From positions 1 to 27,446 of the IMG/VR virus record IMGVR_UViG_3300032286_001171: a stretch of DNA of 27,446 nt; one strand, 5' to 3'. Under the pieces are notes generated by a model. It was not told where the DNA came from. It saw only the letters and a program-made list of their open reading frames with translations, and did not search any database. The position numbers were made by a program, and so were the translations under genes. This document shows positions 8,570 to 20,900 of the stretch, piece after piece (position 1 is the stretch's first letter; every line of letters begins with the position of its first letter). Origin of the DNA: a virus. Lineage: Duplodnaviria > Caudoviricetes.

Positions 8570-11500
8570 ATGATCCCATCAACTACTAGCCAACTATTAA
8601 TTACTGAAGATTGGAAAAAGATATACCAATCTTTTCGCAATGCTGATTTTAAAAGCTATGATTTTGAAACTCTAAAACGTACCATGATCCAATATCTTCA
8701 GGAAAATTTTCCTGAAGATTTCAATGACTTTATTGAATCCAGTGAGTATATTGCACTGATAGACTTAATTGCTTATCTTGGACAAAATTTAAGTTTTAGA
8801 ATTGATCTAAATGCTAGAGAAAACTTTTTAGAAACAGCACAGCGTAGAGATAGTGTGCTAAGGCTAGCACAGCTAATTAGTTATACCCCATCAAGAAATG
8901 TTCCTGCGCATGGATTTTTAAAAGTTACCGCAGTTTCTACTACAGATACGGTGTTAGATTCTAATGGAACTAATCTAGCAGATACCAATATTCTTTGGAA
9001 TGACGCTACTAATCCGGACTGGTATCAGCAGTTCATTAATATCATGAACTCGGCAATGACTACTTATTTTGGTAAATCATTAGCTAAAAAAACCATTAAC
9101 GGAATTACCACTGAGCAGTATAGAGTAAACAGTATAAATCGAGATGTATCTATTTTTAATCTTATTAAAACAATCAACGGAACTAACATGTCGTTTGAGG
9201 TTGTTCCTTGTACATTTTTAGGTAAAGATTACGTTTATGAAGAAGCTCCTGTTCCTGGTAATACCTTTGGTTTCATCTATAAAGATGATCTTCAAGGAGC
9301 AGGAAGTGCTAACACTGGATTTTTCACGCACTTTAAACAAGGAACATTAACTGTTTCGGAATTTAGTGTCACTAATCCTGTTCCTAATGAAATTATCGGA
9401 GTCAATACTCCTGACATTAATAATACAGATATATGGTTGTGGCAGTTAAACAAGCAAGGTAACTATGACACCCTATGGACACAGATTCCTTCATTGGTTG
9501 GAAATAACATCATCTATAACAGTCTTAATAAAAGCATAAGATCTGTATATTCTATAACTTCAAGAGCTAATGATCAAATTGATTTGAATTTTGCAGATGG
9601 AGTGTTTGGTGATTTACCTAAAGGGGAATTTAGATTATTTTATAGACAAAGTAATGGACTAAACTACACTATTAAACCTGATCAATTGAGCGGAGTTGTT
9701 GTATCCATTCCTTATCTTAATGCATCTAGCCAGTTACATACCTTGCAGATGACACTGTCTTTGCAGTATTCGGTTGAAAATAGTTCTGGTACCGAATCAA
9801 ATGCTTCTATACAAAACAAAGCACCTCAGACCTACTATACTCAAAATAGAATGATCACTGGAGAGGATTATAACATAGCACCTTTAAATGCCGGGTCTGA
9901 TATTTTAAAAGTTAAGAGTGTAAATCGAGTATCTAGTGGAATCAGTAAATATTTTGATCTTAGTGATGTTACTGGCAAATACAGTAAAACAAATATCTTT
10001 GCTACCGACGGAATTCTTTATAAAGATATCGATGAGGATATATTTGAATTTGAGTTCACCGGTAGAAATCAAGTTCTAGCAGTGATTAAAAATTCAATAG
10101 CTCCTATTGTTAATAGCATAGGGATTCGCTCATTTTATTTTGAAAACTACATTAGACCCGAGTTAACCAGTTTAGCATTGATGTGGAAGGAAGTTAATAA
10201 AACTCCCGGACAAAGCAGGGGTTATTTTTATAATGCCAATAGTACTTTTGCAGTTGGCCCTATGTACACTGATACTAATCTTCGTTATGCGACTTCCGGT
10301 GCTTTGATTAAATTTACCGCTCCTACAGGCAAGTATTTTGACAGTAAAAATAATTTTAAAACTTTGCCAGCTTCCGGCTTACCTAGCTCAGGATCACTGT
10401 TTATATGGGCTCCGGTCAGTCAGGTGATCAATAATGGTGCAGGATTATTAGATGACGGAACTGGCCCTGTTATCCTTGGATCTAGGGTCCCTAGTGATGC
10501 TATTCCTACAGAAATTTTATGTAGATATGTCGATCTTTTAGGTTATCCTATTGAAACTGAGATCGCCGATATTTGTACGACCTACAAAAATTTTGGGTTA
10601 ACAATAGACACGGAAACAAGAGAGTGGACTATTATTACCAACACTAATTTAAACATTGTTGATAATTTCAGTTTAACATATCAGAATAATCTTGAAGATC
10701 AAGGATTAGACTCTAGTTGGTTAATCTCATTTACTTGGACTGGAAAATATTATAAAGTTAGGTCTAGAATATTAAGTTACATTTTTGAAAGCGAACAAGA
10801 AACGGCTTTTTATGTTGACAAGTCCTCCGTAAATTATGATTTTACCAGCAATACCGTGATTAAAGACAAGATTGACATATTGTCTATTAACACAGTTCCT
10901 TCAGCATTGTCTACTGCTACTGCTACTATTGGTAGTGATCACAATTGGCAAATTGATGGAGTAATTGTTGAGTCTGACGGATATGTCGATCCTAAACGAG
11001 TTAAAGTCAGTTTTTATGACTATAATAATTCAGGAAGGATTACTAATCCCAATTCTTTTGATGAAGTGGTTGGTAGTGAATATGTCTATTTCAAAAAAAC
11101 ATTTGACGGTTTAAATTATACATTAACTAGAGACGATATTATACCTTTGCCTAACGAACAAAGTGTAACTAACGCACTGAAAATTGACAATCAGTTGTTT
11201 TATTTCTACGATAGTTCCTTAGGTGTGGTCAAATATTGGTCAACGGCCACAGCTAGTTTGATCTATACTGACCAGTACCTAGGAAAAAGTGGCAGATCTG
11301 ATCTCAAGTTTCATTATGTGCATAATAGTGGGGGTCAAAGAAGAATTGACCCCAGTAAATCTAATATCATTGATATCTACGTATTGACCACAGGCTATGA
11401 TACCAGTTATAGAAGTTGGTTAATTGGTAACACTGAAACAGAGCCGCTGACACCGACCAGTCAAAGTTTGGAACAAAATTACAGTGAATTTTTAAATGAT

Positions 11501-11932
11501 ATCAAGGCCATAAGTGACGAAATCATCTATCATCCTGTAAAATATAAAGTTCTATTTGGAAAGAAAGCACCTGCATCTCTGCAAGGAACATTTAAAGCAG
11601 TTAGAAATTCTAGTAAAATTACTAACGATAATAATTTAAAAACAAGAATATTAACGGCCATCAATGAATTTTTTGCTTTAGAAAATTGGGAGTTTGGACA
11701 GACATTTTACTTCAGCGAATTGTCTACTTATGTCATGAATAATCTAACCCCAGACATTACCAATTTTGTATTAGTTCCTAAAACAGATACAGGATTTGGC
11801 AGCTTATATGAGGTCAGTTGTTTATCTAACGAACTGCTAGTTAATGGAGCAGGTATTGCCGATATAGAAATTATTGATGCAGTTACGGCGTCACAATTGA
11901 AAGCATCATCATCTATTATTACTACAACTTAA
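8570..11932 (+). CDS. gp6: Baseplate wedge protein gp6-like (extended, 1120 aa)
   Basis: gp6/baseplate-J signatures: DFETLK..MIQYL, FNDFIESS..IALIDLIAY, RENFLETAQRRDSVLRLAQLISY.P, FADGVFG..P, ES..SI...AP..Y.TQNRMITGEDY, and C-terminal FF...NWEFGQTFYFSEL. Confidence 0.88.
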   Translation: MIPSTTSQLLITEDWKKIYQSFRNADFKSYDFETLKRTMIQYLQENFPEDFNDFIESSEYIALIDLIAYLGQNLSFRIDLNARENFLETAQRRDSVLRLAQLISYTPSRNVPAHGFLKVTAVSTTDTVLDSNGTNLADTNILWNDATNPDWYQQFINIMNSAMTTYFGKSLAKKTINGITTEQYRVNSINRDVSIFNLIKTINGTNMSFEVVPCTFLGKDYVYEEAPVPGNTFGFIYKDDLQGAGSANTGFFTHFKQGTLTVSEFSVTNPVPNEIIGVNTPDINNTDIWLWQLNKQGNYDTLWTQIPSLVGNNIIYNSLNKSIRSVYSITSRANDQIDLNFADGVFGDLPKGEFRLFYRQSNGLNYTIKPDQLSGVVVSIPYLNASSQLHTLQMTLSLQYSVENSSGTESNASIQNKAPQTYYTQNRMITGEDYNIAPLNAGSDILKVKSVNRVSSGISKYFDLSDVTGKYSKTNIFATDGILYKDIDEDIFEFEFTGRNQVLAVIKNSIAPIVNSIGIRSFYFENYIRPELTSLALMWKEVNKTPGQSRGYFYNANSTFAVGPMYTDTNLRYATSGALIKFTAPTGKYFDSKNNFKTLPASGLPSSGSLFIWAPVSQVINNGAGLLDDGTGPVILGSRVPSDAIPTEILCRYVDLLGYPIETEIADICTTYKNFGLTIDTETREWTIITNTNLNIVDNFSLTYQNNLEDQGLDSSWLISFTWTGKYYKVRSRILSYIFESEQETAFYVDKSSVNYDFTSNTVIKDKIDILSINTVPSALSTATATIGSDHNWQIDGVIVESDGYVDPKRVKVSFYDYNNSGRITNPNSFDEVVGSEYVYFKKTFDGLNYTLTRDDIIPLPNEQSVTNALKIDNQLFYFYDSSLGVVKYWSTATASLIYTDQYLGKSGRSDLKFHYVHNSGGQRRIDPSKSNIIDIYVLTTGYDTSYRSWLIGNTETEPLTPTSQSLEQNYSEFLNDIKAISDEIIYHPVKYKVLFGKKAPASLQGTFKAVRNSSKITNDNNLKTRILTAINEFFALENWEFGQTFYFSELSTYVMNNLTPDITNFVLVPKTDTGFGSLYEVSCLSNELLVNGAGIADIEIIDAVTASQLKASSSIITTT

Positions 11933-11933
11933 T

Positions 11934-14900
11934 ATGGCCGAACAAAATAAAAAATCAGTAAATTTTTTACCGGCATATATCAGGTCGGATAGAAATTCAA
12001 AATTTCTATCTAGCACAATTGATCAGCTGGTACAGACACCTCAGTTAGAAAGAATAGACGGATTTGTTGGATCCAAGGTAATCTCTAATTTTGATCCAGC
12101 TGTGGACAACTATGTTACATCTGCTTCCCCTCTAAGAAATGCCTATCAATTAGAGCCGGCGGCGGTATTTCGTGATTCTGTGTCTAATATTACAGATGTA
12201 GTCAGCTATGACGATTTAATTAATGAAATTTCAGTTCAAGGTGGTAATGCTGATAATTTAGATAGGGTTTTTAGGACAAAATTCTATTCTTATGATCCCT
12301 TGATTGATTGGGACAAACTAGTCAATTACAATCAATATTACTGGTTACCTAATGGTCCGGATAGTATAAGCATAACAACAACCACTAATAATATTATAGG
12401 ACATCCAACATATACTATGCCTAACGGCTATGCTTTTAGTAATGGTATGAAGGTTACCTTTACTAATTCGTTTACTTCTGGTACTACTAGAGTTTCCTCT
12501 GGTACTGAATATATAATCGAAGGCGTAGGCAATTCTATTAGACTGATAGATATGAGTTTGTTAGAAGTTAACGGGTCTCTAGCCACAATCTATAACGAAA
12601 CTTTTGATAATTCATCATTTGATCAATATGGTTTTGATGCTGATGAAAAAGTGGCATTAATTCCAGAGTATATCACAATCAATCGAGCCAGTAGAGATTT
12701 AAATGCATGGTCTAGATATAACAGATGGGTTCATAGAGATGTAATCAATACAACAGCTATAATAAGTGGAACTGATCCAGTTTATCAATTTAATTATAAT
12801 GCCAAGCGCCCTATTGTAGAATTTAAAGCAGATATTCAATTATATAAATTTGGTAAAAATGGAATTCAAAATATAGATCTTATTGATGATTCTACTACAG
12901 ATATAGATATAATAGCCGGAGCTCTTGGATATTATATAGATGGAGAATTATTACAACAAGGATATAGAATAGTACTCAATAATGCCGATGATCTCACTAT
13001 TAGAAATAAAATTTATAAAGTTGGATTTACCACCGGCACTTCTACAATTTATCTAACTGAAACAGTTGATTCTGGAGTTAATGATCTAGACAGTCTATCT
13101 GTAAATTATGGAACTAATTATTCTGGAAAAAGTTTTTACTACTCAGCAGACGATAACAAGTGGTTATATGCTCAGCAGCACGAATCTTTAAATGAGTTTC
13201 CTTTGTTTGATCTTTTCAGCGACGATGGAATAAGTTATACTAAAAACGTAAACGAAAATAATTTTAGTGGAAATAAAGTTTTTGGTTATGAATTAGGATC
13301 TGGTATTGCAGACAAGGTGCTAGGATTTCCAGTCAAACAAGATCAAAATGCTATAGGAATTGGCAGCTATCTGTTTAAAAATTATTTCTCGACAGATTCT
13401 TTTTCTATTGTTATAGATAAAGTCAAACAAACACAATTAGTCTCCACAGCATTTCTTAAAATTAATAATGTTGATAATGATACATATTCTTTAACTAACG
13501 TTTGGAGATCAACAGAAGATTATCAAATTCCAATTTTAGAAACTCAAGTAATAGGGATATCGACGTCTACAGTAATCGCACTATCTTTAGATGCTCCTTT
13601 AACTAACACCGTTACTTCTTACCTATCATTTGTTAATTCAAAGATAATACATACTTCTGCAACTATTACTGCAAATTCGTTGTCGGTGTCCTTTGATAAT
13701 ACTTTAACTGAAAATGATGTTGTGTTACTAAAAATTAACACCGATCAAATTCCTAATAGCAATGGATATTATGAGCCTCCTTTAAGTTTGACTAATAATC
13801 CTCTTAATGGCCCGATAGCTAGTCTAACACTTAGCCAGTTAACTGATCATGTAGCCAGTATGGTTTATAGATCTTTCAACAATGATTTTGTTGGAGAATT
13901 TCCTGGCTCTAGCAATCTGCGAGATTTATATGATTATGCAAAATATGGGATGCAATTAATTACTAATGAAAATCCTATTAGTTTTGCACATATTTTCTTA
14001 GGAAAAAAAGAGCATAATGTTATTGATGCCCTTAGATTTGCAGCAGAACAGTATAATCAATTTAAATTAAATTTCCTTAGAACGTTAGGTACCATTACTG
14101 ATCAAATTGACGTTGTGTCTATAGTAGATACAATCTTATTGGAAATTGGTCAAAATAATACTCCTAAAGAATCTTTTTTTAGATCTGACATGGTAGGATA
14201 TGGTCCTGCAAAAACTATTAGAGAAATTACAGTTACAAATTCTTATATATCAGAGTATCCTATCGGTGTCGAGTTTGATCTCAGCAAATTGAGTTTTAAA
14301 TCGGTACTGATTTATGTTAATGATATTCAATTAATTTCGGGTCAAGACTACGAGTTTATATTAGCCAACGGATCAGTGCATTTTTTAATAACATTGTCTG
14401 TGGGCACAGTTATAAAAATTCATTACTATGAAAGCACTCTTAGTGGTTATATTCCTTCTACTCCTACAAAATTAGGACTGTATCCAAAATTTGTTCCTGG
14501 TCTTATTACCGATGACAGATATGCTGACGGTTCTCAACTGATGATACAGGGGCATGACGGTAGTTTAACAAAATCCTATGGGGATTATAGAGATAATGTG
14601 ATCCTTGAATTTGAAAAAAGAATTTTTAATAATATCAAAATAGAGTATAATCGTACACTTTATGACATGATGTCAGTAATCCCTGGTGCTTTTAGAGAAT
14701 CAGATTACACAATCGATCAGACTAACGATCGTTTGATTCACGATTATACTAAATGGGCTTCGGTCTATAACGTTGATATTTTTACCAATAATACTTATGA
14801 TTCTGGGACATATAGAACATGGAATTATACAAATACTGTCGACACATTATTAGGTAAACCAGCATTTGGGACATGGAGAGCTGTATTTAAATATTTTTAT

Positions 14901-17900
14901 GATACAGACCGTCCTCATACCCATCCTTGGGAGATGTTGGGTTTTACCATTAAACCTTCCTGGTGGAATTCTAAGTATGGGGCTGGTCCTTATACCTCCT
15001 TGAATACTCAATTGTGGACTGATTTGGAAAACGGATACATTGCAGGCGGAGAATATCAAGGAACATGGGACAAATACAAAAGACCTGGATTATCAAATAT
15101 TATTCCTGTAGATTCTAGTGGAGTACTAAGAGATCTTAATGCATTTTTAATTACAGGGGCAGGACCGTCAACTCAAAAAGAAGATTGGATTTTTGGAGAT
15201 TATAGTCCTGCTGAGGTTGCTTGGAGAAATAGCAGCTACTGGCCGTTTGCTTTAAATGTTGCTGCTGCCCTTTTATATCCTGGTAATTATAGTTCTAAAT
15301 TATTTGATGTTAGTAGAACTACTATTAATGCAGTAGGACAAGTTGTCTATAAAGAAGATAAACTTTATCTCGATCCTAGGAAATTATTAATTGATGGTAT
15401 AAATGGGGCACAGACTTCTGGATTTGGAAATTTTGTAATAGAGAGAGGACGAAAAAATTATCAAGATTATCCGATAAAATTATCACAAGATTTGATATAC
15501 TTAGATTTAAATTTATTCCATAAGTTAGGCGGATTTACCAGCAAAGAAAAGCTCCAGGTGAGGATCAACGCAGTTGATCCCCAGTCAACTAAACCTGGTG
15601 TAATTTTACCTCCTGAAGATTACAGTCTAATATTAAATATTAGTAATCCGATAAAATCAGCAAGAATTTCAGGAGTTATAGTACAGAAGGTTGATGGAAA
15701 TTTTGTTCTGAAAGGTTATGATAGAAATTATCCTTTTTTCAATATCTATCAACCAATTAACAGTGCTATAGATGGTGCAATTGTCGTCGGCGGCAAGCAA
15801 GAACATTATGATCTATGGCAGCCAGCTACTAGCGACGGCAACAGCGGGCTGAGCGCCATTGATATTACTACAGCCGGCACCTATTCTATTAAATTTTATA
15901 AACAAGGTCAGATCGTTCTACATAATGGAAGATATTATAGAGTTAAAACCAGTCATAATGCACAGACTAAATTTGATCTTAATTTATTTCAGCAGTTGCC
16001 GAGATTACCCACCACCGGTGGTGCAAGAGTTCAAACATCTAACAGATTCGAAACCGTTGTTACCAAAGTAGTCTACGGATCAGTGTTTAGCACAATTCAA
16101 GAAGTTTACGATGTCCTAATTGGCTATGGGGCATGGTTAGAGGACCAGGGATTTATTTTTGATCAATACAATTCTGATCTAGCCGAAATGATGGATTGGA
16201 AATTTAGTGGCAAAGAATTCCTTTACTGGAGCACACAAAAATGGGCAGAAGGTAATCTAATAACTCTGTCTCCCTTTGCTGACTATTTAAAATATAAATT
16301 TAAAGATTCTGTTGTAGATAATTTGTTTGCTAAAAATTATGAATATAGTTTACAGAAAGCAGACGGGCAAGGATTTCCTACAGATAATTTTGATATTGCT
16401 AGAGAAGATAGCGGTTGTGTAATACAGACTAAAGATACACAAGAAGGAATATTTTTTGCAGTACTAAATTCGGTACAAAAAGAACATGGTATGGTATTCA
16501 ATAATACTACCATATTTAATGACACCATCTATGATCCCGATTCTGGTTACAGACAGAAAAGAATACGATTATATGGATTTAGGACCAAAGGGTGGAATGG
16601 TGATCTAACCAGTCCTGGATTTGTATATGATAATGTAGAGATAACTGAGTGGCAATCTTACAAGAGTTATATTCCTGGAAAAGTGATAAGATACAATGGA
16701 GTCTATTACGAAGCTAATCAACAGATTATCAGTGATGAAACTTTTGATTTTACCAAATGGGATATCTTAGCATCAAAGCCAATTCCTCAGTTTGTTCCTA
16801 ATTTTGATTATAAGATTTCTCAGTTTGATGATTTCTATAGCTTAGACATAGATAATTTTGATTACAGCCAACAAAAATTAGCTCAACATCTTATAGGGTA
16901 TACACCTAGAAATTATTTGAATAAAATTTTTACAGATCCTATTGCTCAATATAAATTCTATCAAGGTTTTATCAGAGAAAAAGGAACTAAAAAACCACTG
17001 GCTAAAATACTAAAAGCCAGTCAAAACAGAGATCAAGGATCAATTGAAATCAACGAAGAATGGGCCATTAGAGTTGGCAATTATGGCGGCTTTGAAACCT
17101 ATAATGAAATTGAATTTACTTTACAAGAAGGACTGTATTTAGAAAATCCCTATGTTATTAAATTTGTTGATAAAGCACCGTCTGATCCACTGGCTTTAAT
17201 TCATTATACCAGTTCGAGTAATTTGTTAATAACGCCGGCAAATTATATTGCCACGTCAACTTTTGTAACAATTGACGGGACGTTTAACGATCATAATTTA
17301 GAATTAACGACCGCCGGATATGTAAGAACAGATGATGTAACCGCTACAGCATATAATAAGAATAGCCTATTAGACATAGCCAACAATAGCATATTGCAAA
17401 ATGGTGACACAATTTGGTTAGGGTTTTTAGAAAATGGTGATTGGGATGTTTATAGATACACACATCAACGGGCAAAAATAGCTGGAGTGTATGTGAGTAG
17501 TCCCGGTTCCGAGATTACTTTTGTTACCAATGTTCATCATAACTTACAGATAGGAGACATAGTTTCTGTAGTTCGATTTAATGCTCAAGTTGACGGTGTT
17601 CACATAGTGACTGCTATTCCTGAAGTAGGACAGTTCACAGTAGCTTCGACTCTTGCAGGAATAGTTAACGAACCTTTATTGGCCTACGGTAGCCTTTATA
17701 GATTTGAATCAGCTAGGCATAGTGACTTTGCAGCACTTGCTACGGCAACGGATTTGTTTAATCTTCCAGAAAACAGTAAGGTCTGGATTGATCGAGATAC
17801 TGATCAAAAATGGGCAGTGTATGAAAAAATAAAAAATTACAATACAGGGACAGTTTATTCTAGTATACCGACTCCGTTTGGTCAACACATGGGGTCTTCT

Positions 17901-20900
17901 ATTGTTGCAGATAAAGATTCTACTACTGTGTTAGTTTCTTTGCCGGGATATAAATCAGCAACATCAATTAATTATGGAAAAATTTCAGTTTATAGTAAAT
18001 CCATCAATGAAACTCTTGTTAAGAAATTTGACTATGCCTTAAACACAGGAGGTAAGAATTATTGCCAACCAAATACTTCGACAGATTTTGGATATTCATT
18101 GGCATTAGATAATGCAAAAGATTTATTCTTTGTCGGAGCCCCAATTGCTTCGGCTATTAGAGCAACAACTGCTACAGCTACGTTGGTATTATCTACAGGT
18201 ACAGGTGTTATTAGACCTTCATATAAAGAAGGATTAGTTAAAATAAGCAGTAGAAATGATCGAGATACCGCTGAGGTTACTTCGGCAGTATTGGCACAGC
18301 CTTATTCTACATCAACTAATGCCAATTCTAGATTTGGCCATTCTCTGTATGTTAATAAGGTTGCAGCATCTACATCAACCTTATTGTTAGTTGGTGCCCC
18401 AGGCAGTAGTGCATATGCTGGAACTGGAACAGTATATGCATATAATATTAACAAATTTGGCACAACGGTCACAGTAACCAATCATCCTATAGGAACTACA
18501 GTAAACAGTACATCTACAGTATCATTAAATCGTGGAAGTCTATGGGGATATTCTATTTCAGGCAGCGACACAGGGGATATTATAGCAATTAGTGCTCCAA
18601 AGTTTTACAGTTCGGGGTCGGCTGGAATTGTTCAAATATTTGATAAAAATTTGCATTGGAAACAGAATCTCTATTCACCATTTGATGTAAATGATCAATT
18701 TGGGCATGCTGTAGAAGTCTCGTCTAGTGGAGAATTTATATTTGTTTCCTCGGTTAGATCGCAATCTTATATAGGTACTATTGGTAAAGTTGCAGTGTAT
18801 ACTGTAAATAGTTCCGGCACATATGTACTGTCTCAAATACTAAGTAACCCTTTAGAGAATACTAATTTAAAATTTGGATCAGCAATATCGATCAGTCAAG
18901 ACGAGCAAAATTTAATCATCAGTTCATTAGGAACTAATAGATCTAGGATTTTAAAATTTTATCAAAATGCCAGTAAAAAATTAGGTGAGACCACTTTCGA
19001 TAACAATGAAACACGATTTTTATCATCGGTACCTGATTCGGGAGCAGTCTATATCTATAATAATTTTGATAGTGTTTTTGTGCAGGCAGATGAGCTATTA
19101 CCCGATGAAATATTAGAGGGTAGTCAATACGGTCGGTCATTGGCATCAACAGACAACAACATATTTGTCGGAGCACCATTTAACGACATTACTCAATCTG
19201 CACAAGATAAATCTCGAGTCTATCAATTTAAGAAAAAGGATTCTACTAAAAATTCTTGGTATAGATTAAGAAATCAAGAAGCCCTAGTTGATGTTAAACC
19301 GTTTCAGCGAGTTGCACTAATTGATACATTTAACGAAGAAGTTCTTGATTATCTAGATATAGTAGATCCGTTAAAAAACAAAGTAGTTGGAACTGCAGAG
19401 CAAGAATTAAAATATAAATTGGCTGCAGATCCAGCTGTATACTCTGTTGGTCTAGCAGCAACTAATAATGATACAGAAACTAACTGGTTAGATGAACATG
19501 TTGGTGAACTGTGGTGGGATTTGAGCACAGCCAAATATGTTTGGTATGAGCAAGGCAATGATACCTTCAGGAAAAACAATTGGGGGAAATTGTTTCCCGG
19601 AGCCAGCATCGACATTTATGAATGGGTTAAATCTGATCTGTTGCCTAGCGAATGGGCGGCACGGGCAGATACTACACGTGGTCTAATCAAAGGTATAAGT
19701 GGTCAACCGAAGTATCCTGACAATACAGTAATATCAGTTAAACAGGTGTTTAATACAGTGACAGGGTCCTTTGAAAACGTCTATTATTTCTGGGTAAAAA
19801 ATAAAACAACGGTGCCTGGATTAGTTAATAGAAGATTAAGTTCTCTCCAGGTAGCTAATTTAATTGCAGATCCCTTGGCCAATGGATTAAAATTTGTTGA
19901 GGTTCTTTCGGCTAATTCTATAGCATTTGCCAATGTGCAGGCTTCGTTAGTGGGCGATAGAATTTCTGCTAACATAGCATTTGACACAATCGATAATCAA
20001 ATTCCTAGACATACTGAATGGATGTTGATGCAGGAGGGTAGTTCGCATTCGATGCCTAATGAATTATTAGATAAAAAACTAATAGACAGTTTGTTGGGTA
20101 GAGATTTATATGGGCGATCTGTTCCAGCACTTGAATTGACGTTTAGAAATAGATACGGGCTAGGTATAAGGCCGCAGCAGACCCTGTTTAAAGACAGAAT
20201 TGAAGCATTAAGAAATTTAATAGATTTTTCTAACTATGTTTTAAAGAATAATCAAATTACCAACAATTATAACTTTGATAAATTAAATTCTTACGAATCA
20301 ATTCCTGATGAGATGCAACGGGAATATGATCAGATAATTGATGATATAGAACAACTTGACACCATTAACACAACTGCTTATAGACAAGGGCAATTAACTT
20401 GTATAGTTAGAAACGGTAAAATTTACAGTGTGTCTATAATTGATTCTGGATATGGATATCTATTACCGCCTAAAGTTTCTGTAGCCTCTTCTATCGATGC
20501 AGAAATTTTAACCACTATTGATAATCAAGGTCAGATTATTTCTGTTAGAGTACAAAATGCAGGTGGAGGATTTGTTCAAGCCCCAATATTGACAGTAAGA
20601 CCTCAGGCAGTTGTAGTTGCTAGCAATACCAATGCTGGAGGTAGATGGACACTGCACACATTTAACTATCGACAAAATCTTTGGGATAAAATTAGAACTC
20701 AATTGTACAATACTCCATTATTCTGGGATTATATAAATTGGACAGCAGATGAGTATGATCAATATAAATCTATAAAATATATTATAGATAATGTTTATGA
20801 ATTAAATTTAATCACTGATCCTCAACCTGGTGATTATATCAAAATTAAAAATATTGGAGACAATAGATCCGCTATATTGGAAAGAATAGATCAGCAGTTA

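Noticed and set aside
667-11932. Bacterial eCIS/T6SS/tailocin locus
   Set aside because: The gp55-like sigma, TATAAATA promoters, extended gp6 and giant wedge protein point to a phage genome; no Afp15-like ATPase or Tss membrane genes are seen.
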